In this document: positions 59,817-64,000 of the stretch, one piece after another
Numbering within the stretch: position 1 is the stretch's first letter
Layout: every line of letters starts with the position of its first letter
Translations under genes and position numbers: made by a program
Origin: Heteronotia binoei
Lineage: Eukaryota
Assembly: GCF_032191835.1 (NCBI RefSeq)
Contig: NC_083229.1
Span: forward strand, 111,910,001 to 111,974,000
Direction: 5' to 3'
Length of the DNA: 64,000 nucleotides
The notes under the pieces: generated by a model
Seen by the model: only the letters and a program-made list of their open reading frames with translations
Databases searched by the model: none
Told to the model about the DNA's origin: nothing

Positions 59817-59962
59817 AAGAAGGGGGAGAAAAGATTCTTCAAATACTCTTGCAGAACCCCACTACAATCAACAGAAAAGAAGTAACAAAGATAAAAATTC
59901 ACTTCAATAGCAAGTTTGATATTTCGAGTCCACTCAGTAAGATCTCTGGAAAGGATAAAATG
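59817..59962 (+). CDS. SYCP2L: SYCP2L exon 15 (146 nt): (E)EGGEKILQILLQNPTTINRKEVTKIKIHFNSKFDIS...KDKM; probable GC donor
   Basis: ttttataaag|AA GAA...ATG|gcaagt; matches recalled human KEVMKIEIHFDLQFNIS. The 3' end depends on the exon 16 assignment. Confidence 0.85.
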
Positions 59963-60287
59963 GCAAGTATCTGTGTTTTCTTGTTTTTAGATAAAATGGC
60001 AAGTATCTGTATTTTCTTGTTTCCCCCTTGTTTTTAGATTCTCGTGTAGATGTTTTCTAACACATCTTCAGAATTCTGTGTATCAGTGTATTTTGTTAAT
60101 AAGAAAATGCTGTGTTAATAGAAGAATGTTCAGTTCCCTGGGTTGGTGAGTTGGTTTTCATTAATTTTTTTTTTACTATTGGATGACATAATCTTCCTTA
60201 GATACGTTTTTTAATCTGCCAGTTATTTTTACAATACTTCACCACCTTTATTCTTGGCCAGTAATACTTTACTGTAGGGTAAGCCTT

Positions 60288-60729
60288 AGTCAAAGTGATG
60301 GTATTTCAAGTAGTAATGTATGGTTGTGAGAGTTGGACCATAAGGAAGGTCAAGCGCAGAAGAATAGATGCTTTCAAGCTGTGGTGCTGGAGAAGAATCT
60401 TGAGAGTCCCTTGGACTGCAAGAAGATAAAATCTGTCAGCCCTAAGGGAAATCAACCCTGACTGTTCTCTGGAAGGTCAGATGCTGAAGCTCAAATATTT
60501 TGGCCACCAAATGAGAAGGGAGCGCTCCCTGGAGAAGACCCTGATGCTGGGAAAGACAGAAGGCAAAAGAAGAAGGGGACGGCAAAAGATGAGATGACTG
60601 GACAGTGTTACTGATGTAACTAACACGAATTTGAGCAGACTTTGGAGGATGGTGGAACATAGGAGGGCCTGGCATGACTTTGTCCATGGGGTTGCAAAGA
60701 GTCGAACTCGACTGTGCGACTGAACAACA
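60288..60729 (+). mobile_element. RTE-BovB LINE 3' fragment
   Basis: Highly similar to 6327-6803 and 10027-10752. Confidence 0.9.
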
Positions 60730-60873
60730 GGGTAACCCTTTAGGCAGCCTCTTGAACCAGATTAAAAAAAATACCTGAATTCTGGTTATTTAGAACTTAA
60801 TTGCAGAATCTGAACCGTAAAAATGTAAAGCTACAATTTTTCTCAGTAAGGTTCTTAAACTCTTCCTTTTCAG

Positions 60874-60946
60874 GAGCTCGAACAGATAATATTGGATGAA
60901 GCTGATGCCAGTAACAGCAGGGATCAGCCACAACAAAATGGGATTG
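60874..60946 (+). CDS. SYCP2L: Probable SYCP2L exon 16 (73 nt): ELEQIILDEADASNSRDQPQQNGI(G)
   Basis: tcttccttttcag|GAG...ATT G|gtgagt; strong splice sites; only phase 0 is open; little recognisable homology. Confidence 0.62.
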
Positions 60947-61341
60947 GTGAGTGTCTGCTGACTGTGGTCTAATGCAGATAGACCCATGACTAGCACTAAC
61001 CATCCTTGGTTGCCTCGGCTGTGGTTGAGATCCCAGTGAAATGACTCTCCAGCTTGCTAGTCTTGCTAGAGGCTTCTCATTTTTGCAGATAGAGAGTTTT
61101 TGCAATCACAGATGAATGCAGATCACAGTTTCAAACACATTTCAAGCCAGGGTTTCATATTCAGGTTTCAGAGTGGTATTTACGGTAGTCTTTTGCAACC
61201 AAAATGGGAGTCTTGTGGCACTTTAAAAGATCAATGAACTTAAGGCAATTCCTCATATGTGTTGCCGGGCAACATGAGGACTTTGCATCAGATCTTTAAT
61301 GTCTGTCTTGTTCCTCACAGTTTCACATGTGCCTTTGTCTC

Positions 61342-62342
61342 TGTGACGGAAAGCTAGGGGTTAACCAGAAACTGAAGACGTACAGGGCCTGCATCAGGTG
61401 ACCTAAGGGTGGGGGGCAAAGTGCTCGGAGCTCTCACACACACAGCCCTCTTGGCCAAAAGAACCGTTCTTGCACTCGGTCCCTTGTCTTATTGATGCCA
61501 AAGTGAGAGGCCATGGGTGATGCATGGATCTCTTTATTTCAGTCTCTTCGGGGTATTTTACTTGTTTATTTGATGGAAATATAATTCACTTCATAGGGGA
61601 CCACAGCAGCTTTGTTTGTTTTCCCAAAAATATAGGCTCTTGAGAACTTTAACTCCAACCACAGATTTATTATAACACAAAGTCTTTAACTTGGGGACAA
61701 GGGAGATATTTACACAGGCTAACACGTTGCTCAGTTGGTTCAGGCTTTACATTAACTTTTTCCTTCTTTTGAGTTTCTCAGTTACACAGTTCACAGTTTC
61801 CCTATAACTTGCTCTCTCCACTTCTAGCAAAGGTCTGGCCTCTTGGGAATGATGTGCCAAGTCTCACCCCACGACTGGAGTCCCTCTCTCAGCCCTTCTG
61901 GTGTCTCAGACCTACATCCACTCCCTCAACCACCTCACTAGATCCTCAGAGTTGTTGATAGGTGTCTGTGACCGTTCAGGTCTTGACTGACTCACACTTG
62001 TTCCACACACACAGCCCTCTTGGCTGGTTTTGTCGAGCTTGCAGTCTCTGGAAGACTTTCCCGTCACTGTCTCAAGCTCCTTCACAGGATCAGCTGCCCT
62101 CCCAGCCTCGGTCAGGCACGAACTGACCCACTCAGTCTCTGTCAGGCCACAACACTGACAGACTTCTGACAGGCACCAACTCTGTCAGACACTAACTGAC
62201 TGAATGACTGCCTCAGCAGATTCTGTCACTCAACCACTTTCCATCCCTGAGAGCTCCGAGCACTTTGCCCCCCACCCTCAGGTCACCTGACGCAGGCCCT
62301 GTGCGTCTTCAGTTTCTGGTTAACCCCTAGCTTTCCGTCACA
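61342..62342. mobile_element. 1001-bp TG...CA element with 95-bp TIRs, a 5-bp TSD (GTCTC) and a Gypsy/Ginger-like integrase fragment
   Basis: 61342-61436 is the reverse complement of 62248-62342 with 3 mismatches. GTCTC lies at 61337-61341 and 62343-62347. The minus strand of about 61452-61535 encodes KEIHASPMASHFGINKTRDRVQERFFWP. Confidence 0.8.
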
Positions 62343-63520
62343 GTCTCCTTGCTAGAAGCACCCCCATCACCAGTTTTCACTTTCCCACACTGCCCCATGA
62401 AGGCACTGTTGGTTCCATTGCAAAACTTACATGCAACCCTGTAAGTTACATGATTTCAAGGTGAACTATATTTATATGAAGTTGAGGGGAATGAAACTTT
62501 CATTGTAGGTTCTTCATGTCTAGGACTGGAAACAGGTGGCATTCCATGGACATGCTTTGGCAGCGTCTGGTTACCCATGGTAACAGGGAAATGAAATAAG
62601 GGGTAAAATGAGATGGGGAGGGGTGTTGTGAAATGTCACAGCTCATTTGTGCTAAGAGACTTTTCACGTATGTGAGATCTCGGACTGTTGTAGCGTCTTC
62701 GACAGAAATAGTTTGTTGTGCCAGAAAAGAGTCAACGGTCCGTACCTCCCAGAAGGTGCTCTTCTAAGTAAAGGTGGAATTGATGACAAATCTGACTCTT
62801 CACTGTGCTCTAAGTGAATGTGTATAAGTGGGGCAGGGTCAGAAGCCTTGTGTTGCTTTCCTTATGACCTACATTTGATCTAGCATAAAGGCATTCAAAC
62901 CATTTCCGTGCTTATGAAGCCCTTCATGACATCTGTATGGTATAAAGGATTCTGAGGTATGCTTTCGTTTTGCACGTTACTGGCCAGGCCTGTTGTACTG
63001 CCTCAATTTCCTGAGTAAACTGAGCTCTGAAGCACTCTTCAGACCTTCCTTCAGATTAAACAAAGTAATCTGAGTATAGCCCTAAATACATCTGGTGGTA
63101 GCATCAGCTATTCTGCATTTATATATATATTTATTTAATTTATATGCCACCTTTTCCCAAAACGGGCTCAGGGTGGATGGCAACATAGATAAAACAGCAA
63201 TTAAAACTTGAAATTATATAATTCCTAAGAATTCATTGTACAACCAAATGCTATACTTCTAATGATGACTAACCGAATATCATACTTTACCTTGGTTTAG
63301 AAATGGCAAATTGAAGCTGTATACTTACCTACTTAACTTTCGCAAAAGTATTTTTTTGTTCTTTCTGAATTTTATTAGGTGTTCCAAAGGATAATAGTTT
63401 TTTAAAAGCCTTACAATTAAAAATCAAAAACTATATAAGGCAGTACAATAAAACAATAGGCAAGTTTTAGACCATAGATGTGGTTTCAATTGGGTACCTT
63501 CTACAATTCAGTGTAATGTA

Positions 63521-64000
63521 AAAGGTAAAGGTAGTCCCCTGTGCAAGCACCAGTTGTTTCCGACTCTGGGGTGACGTTGCTTTCACAACGTTTTCCATTT
63601 TGAAAATTTTATTTGTTTTCTAGAAAGTTAAAGGGAATGGGTAAAGGGGAATAGAAAATCGAAGTTACAGATATCAGTACTATAATCTAATCTGCATGTA
63701 GTATACTTAAGATACAAATGTTATCACGTTATTATCTCTTTACATTAAATCATCAACATCTAAATAGCATGTTTTAGTGATTGTAAGTCTTCTTGTTAAA
63801 ATGTCTATTTAAGCTTACATTTCCAATATAAATGATATTATAATATAGAATACAGGAGAAAGAGAAATTCACACCAAAGAGTCTTGAGCTTGCTTTCACG
63901 TTTTCACGGCAGACTTTTTATGGGGTGGTTTGCCATTGCCTTCCCCAGTCATCTACACTTCTCCCCCAGCAAGCTGGGTACTCATTTTACCAACCTTGGA
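63521..64000 (-). mobile_element. Sauria-type SINE pieces (63521-63595 and 63890-64000)
   Basis: Reverse-complement match to the SINE tail and body; may be one element split by an insertion. Confidence 0.65.

Noticed and set aside
61089-61165. Candidate SYCP2L exon 17 (tttttgcag|AT AGA GAG TTT...), open in phase 1
   Set aside because: Good acceptor and compatible phase, but no convincing donor or homology; left uncalled pending RNA evidence.
63379-63470. Candidate further SYCP2L exon after tttattag
   Set aside because: No supportable donor or homology.

Overview
Eukaryotic, intron-rich DNA from a squamate reptile, probably a gecko (inferred from Sauria-SINE, Squam3/MIR-like SINE and BovB content). 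It holds the conserved vertebrate block MAK(-) / GCM2(-) / SYCP2L(+). MAK: coding exons 2-3 at the left edge and a CpG-rich promoter near 9.5-9.85 kb. GCM2: complete 5-exon CDS of 1458 nt (485 aa), 26929 down to 20084. SYCP2L: exons 1-16, 36667-60946; the gene continues past the window. Most intronic and intergenic DNA is BovB/CR1/L2/Penelope-like fragments, SINEs and hAT-type MITEs with 8-bp TSDs, several of them nested. Main observations: (1) an open SYCP2L frame matching the human protein requires an AT-AC intron with a U2-like 5' site and a GC-AG intron 3, and probably also a 36-nt-duplicated GC donor and the weaker of two donors 4 nt apart; (2) a 1001-bp TG...CA element with 95-bp terminal inverted repeats, a 5-bp TSD and a Gypsy/Ginger-type integrase zinc-finger fragment; (3) a perfect palindromic ERE between MAK and GCM2; (4) an RFX X-box at the MAK promoter; (5) a hint of an unannotated non-coding first exon for GCM2. 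Exon boundaries were read by hand. Homology calls rest on recalled protein sequences, not database searches.
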